From: Squalus acanthias
Taxonomy: Eukaryota
DNA length: 64,000 nucleotides
Direction: 5' to 3'
NCBI GenBank assembly: GCA_030390025.1
Contig: CM059431.1
Span: forward strand, 121,274,001 to 121,338,000
Part shown: piece after piece, positions 51,581 through 64,000 of the stretch
Layout of the letters: every line of letters begins with the position of its first letter
Position numbering within the stretch: position 1 is the first letter of the stretch
Made by a program: the position numbers and the translations under genes
Notes under the pieces: model-generated
The model's input: the letters and a program-made list of their open reading frames with translations, nothing else
The model's database searches: none
Told to the model about the DNA's origin: nothing

Positions 51581-52036
51581 AATAAAGAAAGAACTTGCAT
51601 TTATATAGCACCTTTCATGACCTCAGGATGTCCCAAAGCGCTTTACAGCCAATGAAGTACTTTTGAAGTGTAGTCACTGTTGTAATGTAGGAAATGCAGC
51701 AGCCAATTTGCACACTGCAAGATCTGACAAACAGCATGTGATAATGACCAAATAATCTGTTTTTGTGACACTGGTTGAGGGATAAATATTCACCACCAAG
51801 GAGTACTCCCCTGCTCTTCTTTGAAATAATTCCATTGAACCTTTTCCGTCCACCTGAGAGGGCAAACAGGGCCTCGGTTTAACATCTCATCTGAAATACG
51901 GTACCTGCGACAGCGCAGCACTCCCTCAGCACTGCGCTGGAGTGTCAGCCTAGATTATGTGCTCAAGTCTCTGGAGTGGGACTTAAACCCACAACCTTCT
52001 AACTCAGAGGTGAGCGTGCTACCACTGAGCCACAGC
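51581..52036 (-). mobile_element. Deu-domain SINE (SacSINE1-like), near full length
   Basis: tRNA-like head (reverse complement GGCTCAGTGGTAGC..GGGTTTAAGTCCC), shared body and tail. Confidence 0.8.
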
Positions 52037-53667
52037 AATATATTCTGTGCAATGATGGCAACCTGTCCATAAAATTATTGAAACACATTAGCGAATAGAT
52101 GTAGCATACAATTCACCAGAAATCAGTCAAACAAGCTAGGGCTATAAAGTTCCATGTAGTTACAAGGCTCAAATCTTATGTATTTGACGTAATGGACATG
52201 CGCTCCATAATGGGATTTAATTGGATGGCTCAATGATATTTGCTTGATAGCTAACAGAAAAAAAAAGAAAAATAATAATTTCAGGCTATGCACAAGAAAA
52301 TATATTTAACCGAAACTGCAACAAATGCCCTTTTGATTTGTAATTTTTTTTTTTAGTATCTTTCTAAGTTAATAAATGTATCCACAAGCTCTGTAAGCTG
52401 TTAGTTATAATCCATTACGCACATTATTGTAAATCAGAGTCAGTAATGTTTGGATGAGAAGTCTATGTTTGACATTGAGCTTCACAGGCAGCTAAATGAT
52501 TTACATTGTATGGCCATTTAAACCTTCCCTTGGCATTAATTCTGGTGCAAATCTGGAAAGATGTAGTTAATAAAATGTGATTACAAATCAATCATATTGC
52601 ATTTTAAATTGAGAACTATATGTCATTAAAGTTGTAATGTACATTCGTTAACATCAATGACTCTCAGAAATGGTTGTGTTTGCTGGTTTATTTTCTTTGC
52701 TGAATATGTGTTACCACTTTGTTAGAAACCCATCAAAGTTTTAACAACTAAACAATGACATAAGCAAACTTTCAGTTTCATTGAGATGTTACTTACTCCA
52801 TAGTACTGTAAGCATGCTAAGATACTTTTGAGTTCATTTAAAAGTTTACGGTTTAATATTCATGATATATGTCTAAGAATTTCTCTATGTATGGACTGGT
52901 CTTGCACTACTAAAAACAAAATACATGCTATCGCAATGGGTCCTTTTCTTGACTGCAATTATACTGTGGCTACCAGTCTCAGATCAGTCTTCATTGGAGT
53001 TTGGTGCACCAATGGCAGACTGGAGTTAAACTGCTAACACCACATCACTGTAGGTCATGCCACAAATGGTCTTGCTGCAGCAAGACCTATTCAGAAAGGC
53101 CCTCCACTATAGGGTGCTAATGCTAAGGGGATTTTGGGGTAAAACATCCTGAATGGTGCAATAATGCTATGGATAACAAATCTCTAGATCTGCCGGATGA
53201 TGTGGGCTGTAGCATTCTGAATCTCCCCTCCCCTGAGATCCATTTTTTGCAGTACTAGTTCCAATTGCAGTGATTTGCTTGAGCTAGCATATGCTCAGAT
53301 CTAAGGGTCGGGAATCATTTGATGACTGACCATCTACCAGTCGTGCTTACAGAAATGTTTTTCCATGTTGGGGCTTTTACGCCAGGTATTATCTTGGGTG
53401 CAGCATCACTGGCTATTTTGGGAAACACAGAGCATGTCTTTACCTGACCAGTATCTAGTTATTTGTAGTGACACCCTAAGATTGAACAAACAACCCTTGT
53501 CTGGTTTACTGGAAAATATCATGTGCTATCGCATGATCTCCTTGTCGTCAGAAGGTGGAAGAATAAGCCATATATCTAACCATAGATCAGGCTACAAATC
53601 ACTTAATTAATTTATTTACTATTAAACAATTTATTTAACATAAACAATACCTATTACAAACAGCATG

Positions 53668-53930
53668 GGGTAGATTGTTTTCTTTACCATCGGGCACTAA
53701 GCATTGCCTGGGTGGAATGCCGATAGGATAATTGGGTAGAGAGGATCAAATGCCCATTACAGAACCTGCTTGATTTTCATTGCCAAACGCCAGTTGGAAG
53801 ATCATTTAAATTAATGGAAGGAAAATCAGGCAGGTTCTGTAACAGGCGTGTGATCCTTTATGCCCGTTTCCTCTCTCTGCTCCTCCCAGGTGATGCTTAA
53901 TGCTCAGTTGGTGAAGGCATAAATCTACCT
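53668..53930. repeat. About 260-bp decayed fold-back (old palindromic MITE)
   Basis: GGTAGATT/AATCTACC, TAAGCATTGCCTGGG/CCCAGGTGATGCTTA, TTACAGAACCTGCTTGATTTTC/GAAAATCAGGCAGGTTCTGTAA. Confidence 0.75.
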
Positions 53931-54037
53931 GTATAGTTACAGTAATCATAGGCTTTACTAATCTCCTCAAAATGTTAAGGGCAACAGGGGTACTTTCCCT
54001 GCACTGACCTTCAACATTAAACTGACTCTCGAAACAT

Positions 54038-54875
54038 GGGGGTGATTTTCCCAGCCCTGGGGAGGCGGGTATGGAGGCGGGACTGCTGGGTAAATGGCAG
54101 AATCTGGGGGCGGGTACTCATCCCGCCCCTAACCCGCCTCCATGCCATCTTCCCAGGAGGCGGGTACCCGACCCGTGCTGGGAGCCGCCTCCTCGAGGCG
54201 GGAAGGGGATTAGTGCCAATTAACTGCCTGTTAATAGGTAGTTAACAGGCAGTTTTTTGGATAATCCCTATTTTGCCACCTAAAGTGTGGTCTTTCCGAT
54301 GGCTCCGAACTTCGCCAGGGTCAGCGAGGTGAGCCGTGGGTCTGCAGGGGTCGGAGGGGCCGAGATGTCCGGTGTGTAGGTGAGTGATGGGTGCATGTGT
54401 GCAGAGGTAAGTGTATGAGGTGAGTCTTAAGTGTTTTAAAAGCTTTACTTACCTTTGCTTCTTCCTCCAGGCTTCAACCCTTCAGGTCTCGGGAGTCCCT
54501 CATCTCACCGGCACAGAAAGCAGAATGGCCGCTGCATTCTCAAATACATCAGCCTTTCTGCTCAGGAGAGATCTCTAATAAGCCTGTTTCCCAGGTCTCA
54601 ACTTAGAAGACAGATTGTCAGTGTTTGACAGCTTCACAGAGCTCTCAAACGATGACAATTCATCTGTCAAAAGCTCTTGACAGATGAAACGTCACTTGCT
54701 GACGTCACCAGTAACCGGCTTTCCCTTAATTGGCCTGCTAAGCCCACTGGGCAGGCTTAATAAGGTCAATCAAGGGAAAATAGCATGGGTTGGCCGGACG
54801 TTGATGGTGGCGGGACTAAAACCCGACAAGCAGCAGTCCCCACTCCATCACGTCCCCATTGGCAAAATCATTCCC
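54038..54875. mobile_element. Non-coding Harbinger-type MITE
   Basis: CAT TSD at 54035-54037 and 54876-54878; TIRs GGGGGTGATTTTCC / GGCAAAATCATTCCC. Confidence 0.8.
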
Positions 54876-57560
54876 CATGGTTACTTCTTATGTAGCGATA
54901 CACTGCTGCAGAGTTGCTGACCAGCCCCTTATGTCTGATGGCTTCAGAATGACTGCTGTCTGGTTGCAATACAGCCTTGCGATAGCTCCCAAATTCTTTG
55001 AAGAAAGTACAGAACAAAAGGATTTGTTTTAATCTACATTAGATGCTCAAACCATTTGCAGGGTTCAAAATGGAGTTTGCCCACACAAATACAGCTGACA
55101 AATGTACCAGAACTGAAAACTTCCCCACAGGATGCTTGTATGTGAATGGAATGGCTTAACCCATTGATTAGTTCTCAAACACTTTGAATGATCTGTTAGA
55201 TTCCTATCCAATGCAAATGGCAGCAATTCATCCACACACATCAATGAGCCTGCAATATGTATTCTCTACAACCTGCAGAAATAAGTGACAGTGGCTAATT
55301 TCAGTCCTGTTTGTGCCTTCAGCAGCAAGAAAGAATAAATCATAGACAGAAATGCTCTACTTTCATCAGAAAAGCTTTCTGCTTGTCTATAACCACCTGG
55401 AACATTAGGCTTGGATTACAAATGAGTTGACTACACTGCATTCTGCATTTAGTTGAAAACGTCTTTCTTCCTGTGACTTGCAAAACCCCAGCTAAAATAA
55501 AAGGGGACATTACAAAGGCTGTAATATGAGCAGCAAAGACAGCAGTGCCAGTGGAAAAGCACTTTTACTGAGATTCATAAAGTTAAAAAAAAACTCCTGA
55601 GGGATTGAAACACACCCCTTGCTATTAGTCGTCTCCAAGTCTCGTCACGTCTTATAAACAGACTCCACAAAATAATTGGACCATTTTGTCAAAAGGCTCG
55701 GCAAGAGGAGGACACTAAACACTTCTGAAAATAAATTCAGCAGGGATGCAGGCCAGAACCAAAACAAAGGCCAACCAATGCTGCATACTCTTGGCAGAGA
55801 TAGACATAAACAAAAAGAAAGCTCAGCGCTTAAAGGATCTTCTCAGTGGTGCTCATACTAAACCAATCCACGAAGAATTGATAGTTTCTGCGAAGGTGAA
55901 GTTTGTAACTATATCAAAACTCAATCAGAACTGTTTCAGTTATTAGAAATACCTCATGCAAACAGCAAGGCAAATGTTTTATCTGGTTTAAGTAACACCT
56001 TACTGCAGCTGAAGCTCAGAAACATGCATGAGAAAGCAACGGCAAAAGATGGTATTACAAAACGCATGCTGAGCAAACTATCTGACATGACAATGGCTGA
56101 GGTCTTCCTGAAGCTCCCAGTGCTGGGTTACTGTCTCAGCTGTTGGAAGTCAATGGTACATAAACCAGGCAAGGATTCAAGCGCCCCGAGCAACTACCAT
56201 GCATTAGCTTGCTGAGATTAGAAACGTGCAGCCAGCAATTGAAAATTGCCCCCAATGAATCCCAGATGCAAACACATTTTAACCATGCCAGTTTAGAATA
56301 TGTAATGAAGGCCATCTATCAGATAGTCATGAGGCAGTGGAATAAGAAATTACTGGTAGCAAATCTGGAGCTTTTACCTGAGGGAAAAACAATTAAACTG
56401 GATTGAAAGTACCAACAAATTAGAAAAGTGCAGGAAGCCTTGGACCATCCTAGCCAGGTTCTCATTGTTATCAATATTCTGCAGATTGGGCTGTTCTTAT
56501 GTGTTTGAACACATGTGCAGAGCATCACTCTCTGACCAGCTATTTGTTTAATGTTCGAAGGGAGCAGGTGGGAGTATCCGTTTTCTCTTCACATTAGAAA
56601 TGTTGAAAAGTAAGTTCATAAAGTGCCGAGGAGGTCTTTTGTACTTCTTGGTACTTTTAGAATGCATCTTCACGCTGAGCTGGAATTATATTGCCCCAAG
56701 TCCAAAATTAAACGAGTGTGTCATAGAGGTCCCAGCTTTAGTACAGGCAAAGTCAATGTTAGTGTCAGTGCATCCAAACTGCTTTGTAACAGCATTATAA
56801 TTAAACACTTTCTGAAATAGAAGGTATCAAGTGAAGTGCTTTCAGTGTAATGTTCTTACATTTTCATTGTTACTTTGTAATAGTTTCCTTTATTTTGGGG
56901 GAAATTCTTTGTTGAAGTGTTTACGTACAGGACACAGGACATAGGCAAGTAAAAATAAATCAGAACGTGCAGTTGATGTCAGGCATGGGGTCTTAGCAGA
57001 ACAAGTCTGTTATCTGTCATTTATTTCTACATAGTTGTCTTACAGGCCATTTGGGATCCGTCTCTTTAATGCAGATTTTGCAGGAAAGCATGCTGAGGAT
57101 GGGCATTTAGAAAGGAAAAAGGACAGGTCTCAATTAAATAGAAAAGTTGTTGAAAATAAATGCTGACTGGTCGATATATTTTGCTGGAATCTCCCTGCCA
57201 GAAAAAAAGACTCCACATGTTTCACGTCCACTTCAATTATACAGGTTTATTCTGCTCTTTGTGGAGGAAACCATCATCAAAAGATTTCCCTGATAAATGA
57301 AAGGGATAGGAATTTACCAAGGGGTCAGTAATGCAAAGTATTTATATGCATTAAAAAGATTATTAGCCCTACAAAAGTGCTATTCAATGGTTCATACAGC
57401 AGCAACTCCAGTATCACATCTGCACCAACACAAACATTTTCCGCAACCGTTAGGTTAGCTGTGAAAATTACATTTTCAATACAATTTGTTGCTGACTTTC
57501 CAGGAACAGAACCTGCCTGAAAACTCCTTGAGAGACCTTGATGTCTTGATCACAAATAAT

Positions 57561-59076
57561 GGGCTGAATTTTCCGGGGGGGTCAGTGGGCGCGAGCGGTG
57601 GCCGGTCGGGTGGGAAAGTGGGTTTTTTCCCCATCGGGTCGTAACCCCGCTGTGAACGCGCCACCACGCACTTTTACCAAATGTCGGGTCTGTCAACGCT
57701 GAGCTACCTGACACGCAGCGGCAGGGGAGGCAATTAAAATCATTAGTGGCTTGTTTACAGCCAATTAACAATGGTTTTTTCCCAACCTTTTGGATTTGAC
57801 AGGTCGCCCACCAGTTTCTCGCTGTGCCTAGGCTTTCATGGGTGCCCTTGAAACTCTCTCACCTTGGTCCTCAGAATCCCATCACGATCAGCCCCAACAC
57901 CAGCAGCACCAGGCACACCAGCAGCACCACCAACAATACCAACCTTCTCCACAATCAACTGATGCTGCACAGGACAGAGGGCATCAGCACCTGACCACAT
58001 TGCTACCCGGGATGCCAGGGATGGCCTCACCATGGCTAGATTTACTTCACTTGACGCTGTACACCCTGGTTGCCACATGATGCACCAGGTTGGCACCACC
58101 CCACAACAACACCATAAAAGGATCCCTACAATGCCCAAGCCATTCCTTTCACACTCATCACCATTGCGGGGGGTACCGTTATGTCTCACCATTCACTGCA
58201 ACTCACTAAGCCACTTCCAAAGGTGCACACAAATCTGTCCAAGAACGTAAAGTGTTGAAAATAAAGGTTTCAATGTTTGACAACACATTAACAGAAACTT
58301 TACATGAACATTGCATAAAACACCCAAGTGTCTACCCTTGTGTGTTGTTAGTTGGTATGATTGCACTAGGATGAGGGAGAGTGTGAGGGGTGGCTAGTGA
58401 GATGGGGAAGTGATAATATAGATAGAGAGGGTTGGGTGGAGGTCCAAGGTAAGTTGGTGTGACTAAGGATGTGCAGGAGTAGGGTAGGGAAGGCAGAGTG
58501 ATGGGGATGTGATGAGAGGCACAGCAGGATGAGGTTGAGTGTGGCTTTGTACTAACGTTTCATGATCTACTGAAATCATTGAAATGTTTGCCGCACTGCA
58601 CCCAGGTCCTCCTGACCACATCCTTGCTTGTGCACTCCACTGCAATGTGCAACCAGGCTGTGTTGGTTTCCTGGGGAGGTCTCTGCTGCCCATGGAAAGG
58701 GAAAAGGACCTCCCTGCGTGCTGTGACTCCTTCCATAAGCATATGGAGGGAGTCATGGGAGAGCCTGGGTGCAGCCCTGCACCTCTGTGCAGTGATTGTC
58801 AATGTTTGCATCATTTCAATGCTGTAGAACACTGACGGCACAAATGTCAAGATAAATTTGGCCATGGTCCCTTTAAGGAAACTGACTGATGACGCGTCAC
58901 CAAATGACATCATCAGACCCGCTTCCTCTAATTGGCCGGGAAATGCGCTGGGTGGGCTTAACAAGCCCAATCTCGGGAAATTCATTTCAGAGGCTGGGAT
59001 GGAGACAGCAGCGGGGCCGGGACCCGCCACCAATGTCGCCCGCGACGGACCCGCCAAGGTTCGTAAAATCAAGCTC
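57561..59076 (-). mobile_element. Non-autonomous Harbinger deletion derivative, copy 3
   Basis: AAT TSD at 57558-57560 and 59077-59079; TIRs GGGCTGAATTTTCC / GTAAAATCAAGCTC; Myb exon AAPRLSHDSLHMLMEGV...WVQCGKHFNDFSRS is still open. Confidence 0.88.
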
Positions 59077-59226
59077 AATGATATCATAGATTAAAAGTAG
59101 ATTTTAAAAATTCATGCTCCTGTTGCAAAAAGGTCCACGGAGAGTGTGAATTTGTTAAATCCTTTCAATGTATTGCAGTCAATGTTGCATTCATGCTTAA
59201 TGTTAGGGCTATGTAGATTGGCAATC

Positions 59227-59640
59227 ATAGGATCATACAGCACAGAAGGAGGCCATTCGGCCCATCATGCCTGTGCCGGCTCTGTGAAATTAGTCCCACT
59301 CCCCTGCTCTTTTCCCATAGCACTGCATATTTTACCTTTTTAAGTCTATATGTAATTCCCTTTTGAAAGTTATTATTGAATCTGCTTTCACCACCCTTTC
59401 AGGCAGTGCATTCCAGATCGTAACAAATCACTGTGTGAAAAGAAGTTCTCCTAATCTCCCCTCAGCTTTTGTACCAATTATCTTAAATCTGTGTCCGCTG
59501 GTTACTGACCATCCGGCCAGTGGTAACAGATTCTCATTATTTACTCTATTAAAACCCCTCATAATTTTGAACACCTGTATTAAATCTCCCCTTAACCTTC
59601 TCTGCTCTAAGGAGAACGACCCCAGCTTCTCCAGTCTCTT
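59227..59640 (-). mobile_element. CR1-type LINE 3' fragment
   Basis: RLEKLGSFSLEQRRLRGDLIQVFKIMRGF plus 3'UTR GGGCCGAATGGCC. Confidence 0.88.
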
Positions 59641-60410
59641 CACTGTCAGTTTATTTTGACAATGTGCACTTTTTTATTGATGAACCCGCTTATGTTAATA
59701 TCAAAGATTTTCAATAAATAAGAAGCTTATTCTATCTATATCCTGGCCACTTAGTAAGTATCTTTATATGTAATAATTCTTGTTCGACTTTGCGTCCCTC
59801 TTGGTGCCTTAATCTGGCAGGAGTGGTTTTAGGGATTGCACCCATTGAAATTTAAAGAGGAAAACAGTCCCATAATTCTGTCCAAAAATCTCGCCAAACC
59901 CGATGAACAGTTCCGGTAGTGAGTAAGATCGGTGAGTGTAAGAAACTACACTTTAGATAACACATGAAAGACATGTCACAACAACACATTTAGAAAAAAA
60001 AATACACAAATATTTTTGGCAATGACAGGTCCAAAAAAATGTCATCAGTGCAACATGGGAACAAAGAGCATTCAAATCATCCATGCGTATGCAAGTATTA
60101 TAGAATGATAAAAATTTCAGAATAAAAACACACATCTGGCTCATTGTGCTAGTTCCACATCAGTGATATCTAATCTAATCCTATTTCTTGTTATTTCCCC
60201 ATACACTTTTCCACTTCAAGTGTTTATCTAACTCCCTCTTGAATGCCATGATTGACTCATTTTCAGTAGCCACTTAAGTCCACTCCATCTGAGTGGCTCC
60301 CGATGCTGTCCTACATTGTCCCACCTGTCATTCGCTGCAATGCCAACGTGCTCCATGAGATGGAAAAAATCATGAGCAACATCTATCTTCCCATTCACGA
60401 AGTCTTGAAA

Positions 60411-60903
60411 AAAAAAGACTTGCATTTATATTGTGCTTTTCACGACCACCAGACGTCCCAAAGCGCTTTACAGCCAATGAACTACTGTTTGAAGTGTAGT
60501 CACTGTTGTAATGTAGGAAACGCCGCAGCTAATTTGCACACAGCAAGCTCCCACAAACAGCAATGTGATAATGACCAGACAGCCTGTTTTAGTGATGTTG
60601 ATTGAGGGATAAATATTAGCCAGGACACCGGGGATAACTCCGGTGTCCTAGCCAATGGGGATAACTCCCTTGCTCTTCTTCGAAATAGTGCCACCAGATC
60701 TTTTACGTCTACCTGAGTGGGCAGGCGGGGCCTCAGTTTAACGTCTCATCCGAAAGGCGGCACCTCCAACAGTGCAACACTCCCTCAGTACTGCCCTGGA
60801 GTGTCAGCGTAGATTTTTGACCTCAAGTCTCTTGGAGTGGGATTATGAACCCACAACCTTCTGACTCAGAGGCGAAGGTGCTACCAACTGAGTCACAGCT
60901 GAC
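60411..60903 (-). mobile_element. Deu-domain SINE (SacSINE1-like), near full length
   Basis: Colinear with 51581-52036; small internal duplication near 60620-60670. Confidence 0.8.
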
Positions 60904-61149
60904 AGTCTCAGGCCATGGAACACATCACATAAACCTGCTGACTATGATCTGTTGCGGGATGCACCTCATTTCTCCACTCAGCATCTCAGGTGGCCATCGA
61001 ATGGATAGCCAAACTAGACATTCCATTCTAAGCTTTTCCTGTCATACAAAAGTAGTAGTAGCAGCCACTTGCAAAAACACATTTACTATTCTAATAAGTC
61101 TTTCAGAAAATATGTCTTCTAACTGCCCCCTTTTTAGTACTAAATTAAA

Positions 61150-61550
61150 ATAAATGCCCCGTTGATTCCAATTCACTGACCAAAGCAAATAATCTTTTAC
61201 TCTTTCTCAAAACTTTTCAAAACTTTAAACGCTTCTATTAGATCTTTCCTTAACTTTCTCTGCTCCAGTGAACATAGTCCTAGCTTTTTAATTCTCCCAT
61301 TATAACTATATTCTCTCACCGCTGGTGTTAACTTAGTAAATCTATATTGTACTTCTTCCATGATTTAAATATCATTTCTATAATGGAATGCACAAAACTG
61401 CACACAACTCTCCCACTGTGACCTAATTAATATCTATACAGATTCATTATCATCTCCTTGCTTTTCTATTTACTGTTCCTAAATATAAAACCCAGAATAC
61501 CATTTGAGTTTTTTAAAGCCTTTTTCACCTGCAATGCTACTTTTAAAGAA
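61150..61550 (-). mobile_element. Old degraded CR1-type LINE fragment
   Basis: Weak colinear similarity to 36150-36500 (AACTGCACACAACTCTCC, TTAACTTTCTCTGCTCC). Confidence 0.55.
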
Positions 61551-62449
61551 CTGTTTATCTTATTTTTATTCATTCTCAGGGTGTGGGCATCGCTGCCCAT
61601 CCCTAGTTGCTTTGTGAATGCATTGGTGGGTCGAGTGGGTTGCTATACCACTTCAGAGAGCAGTTAAAAATCAATCACATGGCAGGTTTCCTTCCCTGAA
61701 GGACATTAGTGAACTAAATGGGTTTTTATGACAAACTGATAGCTTCATTAAAACTTCTTTACTGATATCAGTTTTTTATTTCCAGATTTTTTAAAAACTG
61801 AATTCAAATGAAAGATTCTGTACCTCTAGATCTCTTCCCCCCACCCCCCCCCCCCCCCCCCCCCACTCAATTGACAGTTTTACTAGTTACGTTATACTTC
61901 CATTCTCTGTTCTTTTTTCAAAAATGTGCATTTATCTTGTTTTCATTGTCGGGATGTGGGCATCGCTGACAAGGCCAGCATTAGTTTCCCATCCCTATTT
62001 GCCCTTGAGAAGGTGGTGATGGGAATTCTTGAACCGCTGCAGTCCGTGTGGTGAAGGTACTCCCACAATGCTGTTAGGTAGGGAATTTCAGGATTTTGAC
62101 CCAGCGACGATGAATGAATGGAGATATATGTTCAAGTCGGGATGGTGAGTGACTTGGAGGGAAACTTGGAGGTGATGGTGTTCTCATGCACCTGCTGCCC
62201 TGTCCTTCTAGATGGTGGAGTTGCTGGCTTAGGAGGTTGAATTTCATTTGTCGTAAATATATCCACTCTCCTGACTTGTTTATCTTCTCTTTCCTTTACC
62301 CAGGTCTCAGCCTAACATAGTCATCAACATTTAAACTCCTCCATATGTCCTATTCCACTAACAGGATAGACCCACCAGAGGTGGAGGCACAGTAGTATAC
62401 AAACAAGTAATCATGAATCCTCTATATTGATTCTGGACCTTATGATGCT

Positions 62450-62830
62450 TCTGAATCAGAAGGTTGTGGGTTCAAGTCCCACTTCTGAGCACATAATCTA
62501 GACTGGCACTTCCGTGAAATACTGAGGGAGCGCTGCGCTGTTGGAGTTATTAAACTGAGGCCCTATCTGCCCTCTGAGGTGGATGTAAAAGATCCCACGG
62601 CACTATTCAAAGAAGAGCAGGGGAGTTCTCCCAGTATCTTGGCCAACATTTATCACTCAACCAACACCTAAAACCGACGATTTGATCATTCATTTCATTG
62701 CTGTTTGTGGGAGCTCGCTATGTGCAAATTGGTTGCTGCATTTCCTACATTACAATACTTCAAAAGTACTTCATCGGCTGTAATGCACTTTGGGGTGTAA
62801 ACGGTGCTATATAAATGCAAGTTCTTTATT
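62450..62830 (+). mobile_element. Deu-domain SINE (SacSINE1-like)
   Basis: B box GGTTCAAGTCCC, shared body, tail GCTATATAAATGCAAGTTCTTT. Confidence 0.8.
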
Positions 62831-62959
62831 TTTTTTCTATGCAGTTGACTTTGAATGCCCTATAAGGTGGCTTAGCAAGCATTCATTTTTAAAACAACCG
62901 CTACCATAAAAATAATAAGAGAAGCATGGGACTGATCTATCTGCAGTGGCCCAGACTTT

Positions 62960-63720
62960 GGATCAGAACAAGACTCAAGCAATCTCAGTCCCGCCAAATA
63001 TGCCAAGTTCTCTTCACCAAACTCTGCCGCCTGGCATCTTAGGTGGGAGAGCTGTTCCACGGACTACTCAAGCAGCAGTCTAACATAGCCATCAACATTT
63101 AAACTCCTCCATATGTCCTGCTCCACCAGCAGGTTAGACCTACCAGAGGTGGAGGCATCGTGGTATACAAGCAGGTAATCATGAATCCTCAATAATTTTT
63201 CTGTACCTTATGATGTCTCATGGCTTCAGGTCAAACAAGGTCAAGGAAACCCCCTGCTAACCACGACTTACCCCCCAACTTTGAATCAGTACACTTCCAT
63301 GGAGGAAGCACTGAGGGAAGCACAAACACAAAATGTACTCTGGATGGGGGATTTCAATGTCCACCACCAAGAGTCGCTCAATAATATCACCATTGACCAA
63401 GCTGGCCAAGTCCTGAAACATATAGGTACTAGACTGGGCCTGCATCAGATGGTAAGGGAACCAACATGAAGGAATAAACCACTTTATCTCATTTTCACCA
63501 CCTACCTGTCGTAGACATGTCTGTCCATGATAGCATTAGTACATTCTCTATCGTGTAGTGTGGCACTGTCATGGTGTTAAATGAACAGATATAGCAGCCA
63601 ACAGTTGGCATTCAGGAGGTACCGTGGGCCATCAACAGCATAAGTGCATAGCACTGCAAGTTGTAACCTCATCACCCAATGCATCCCTTACTGCTCTATC
63701 TCCAATGTTCAATGGAGAGT
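62960..63720 (+). mobile_element. Decayed non-LTR retrotransposon endonuclease fragment
   Basis: NVLWMGDFNVHHQE...LGLHQMVREPT and DxPTRGGG-like motif; many disruptions. Confidence 0.7.
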
Positions 63721-64000
63721 GAAGAAGGGTAAACCTTTTTATTATGCTTCTGATATTTCTCATGTATTTTCTCATATTCCTTATTATCTAGTCATTCCTT
63801 TGCTCTTTATGTATCCTTACTATGCACAAATTGACTGTTGTGTTTGTCTATATTACAACAGTGACTGCCCTTTCAACAGTAATCTATTGGTTATAAGGGG
63901 CTTTTGGACAGCCTGAGAAGATGAAAGGTGTTAGAAATGCAATTTTTCTTTCTTGGATTTTGTTTTTTGACTTAATCTCCTTATTCACCCATGGATCTGT

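Noticed and set aside
55676..56406. Cluster of short + strand ORFs in non-repeat DNA as possible host exons
   Set aside because: No recognisable domain and no convincing splice-site pairs; unsupported without a homology search or RNA-seq.

Overview
Eukaryotic, non-genic, transposon-dense DNA, most likely from a cartilaginous fish (inferred from V-SINE, Deu-type SINE, CR1 and Penelope-type repeats that resemble shark families). I recognise no host protein-coding gene; nearly all ORF-track entries are repeat artefacts. (1) 311-24620 is a dead PIF/Harbinger transposon whose Myb/SANT-gene intron 1 is inflated from about 0.3 kb to 21.3 kb by a 37-bp minisatellite with higher-order repeats and one SINE insertion. 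(2) 38413-42628 is an apparently intact autonomous Harbinger: DDE transposase plus a convergent 3-exon, 458-aa Myb/SANT gene, TTA TSD. It lies inside a MITE, which lies inside a CR1-type LINE. Its Myb intron 1 carries a 3x54-bp tandem repeat from the same conserved intron segment that seeded the giant array. (3) A perfect 335-bp Penelope-derived palindrome carries two hammerhead-ribozyme motifs. (4) A 1.63-kb solo LTR has a related LTR end at 1-310. (5) Many non-autonomous Harbinger derivatives, SINEs and LINE fragments fill the rest. The best candidate for something undescribed is the Harbinger Myb-intron tandem-repeat hotspot; this is an evolutionary inference, not a demonstrated functional system.
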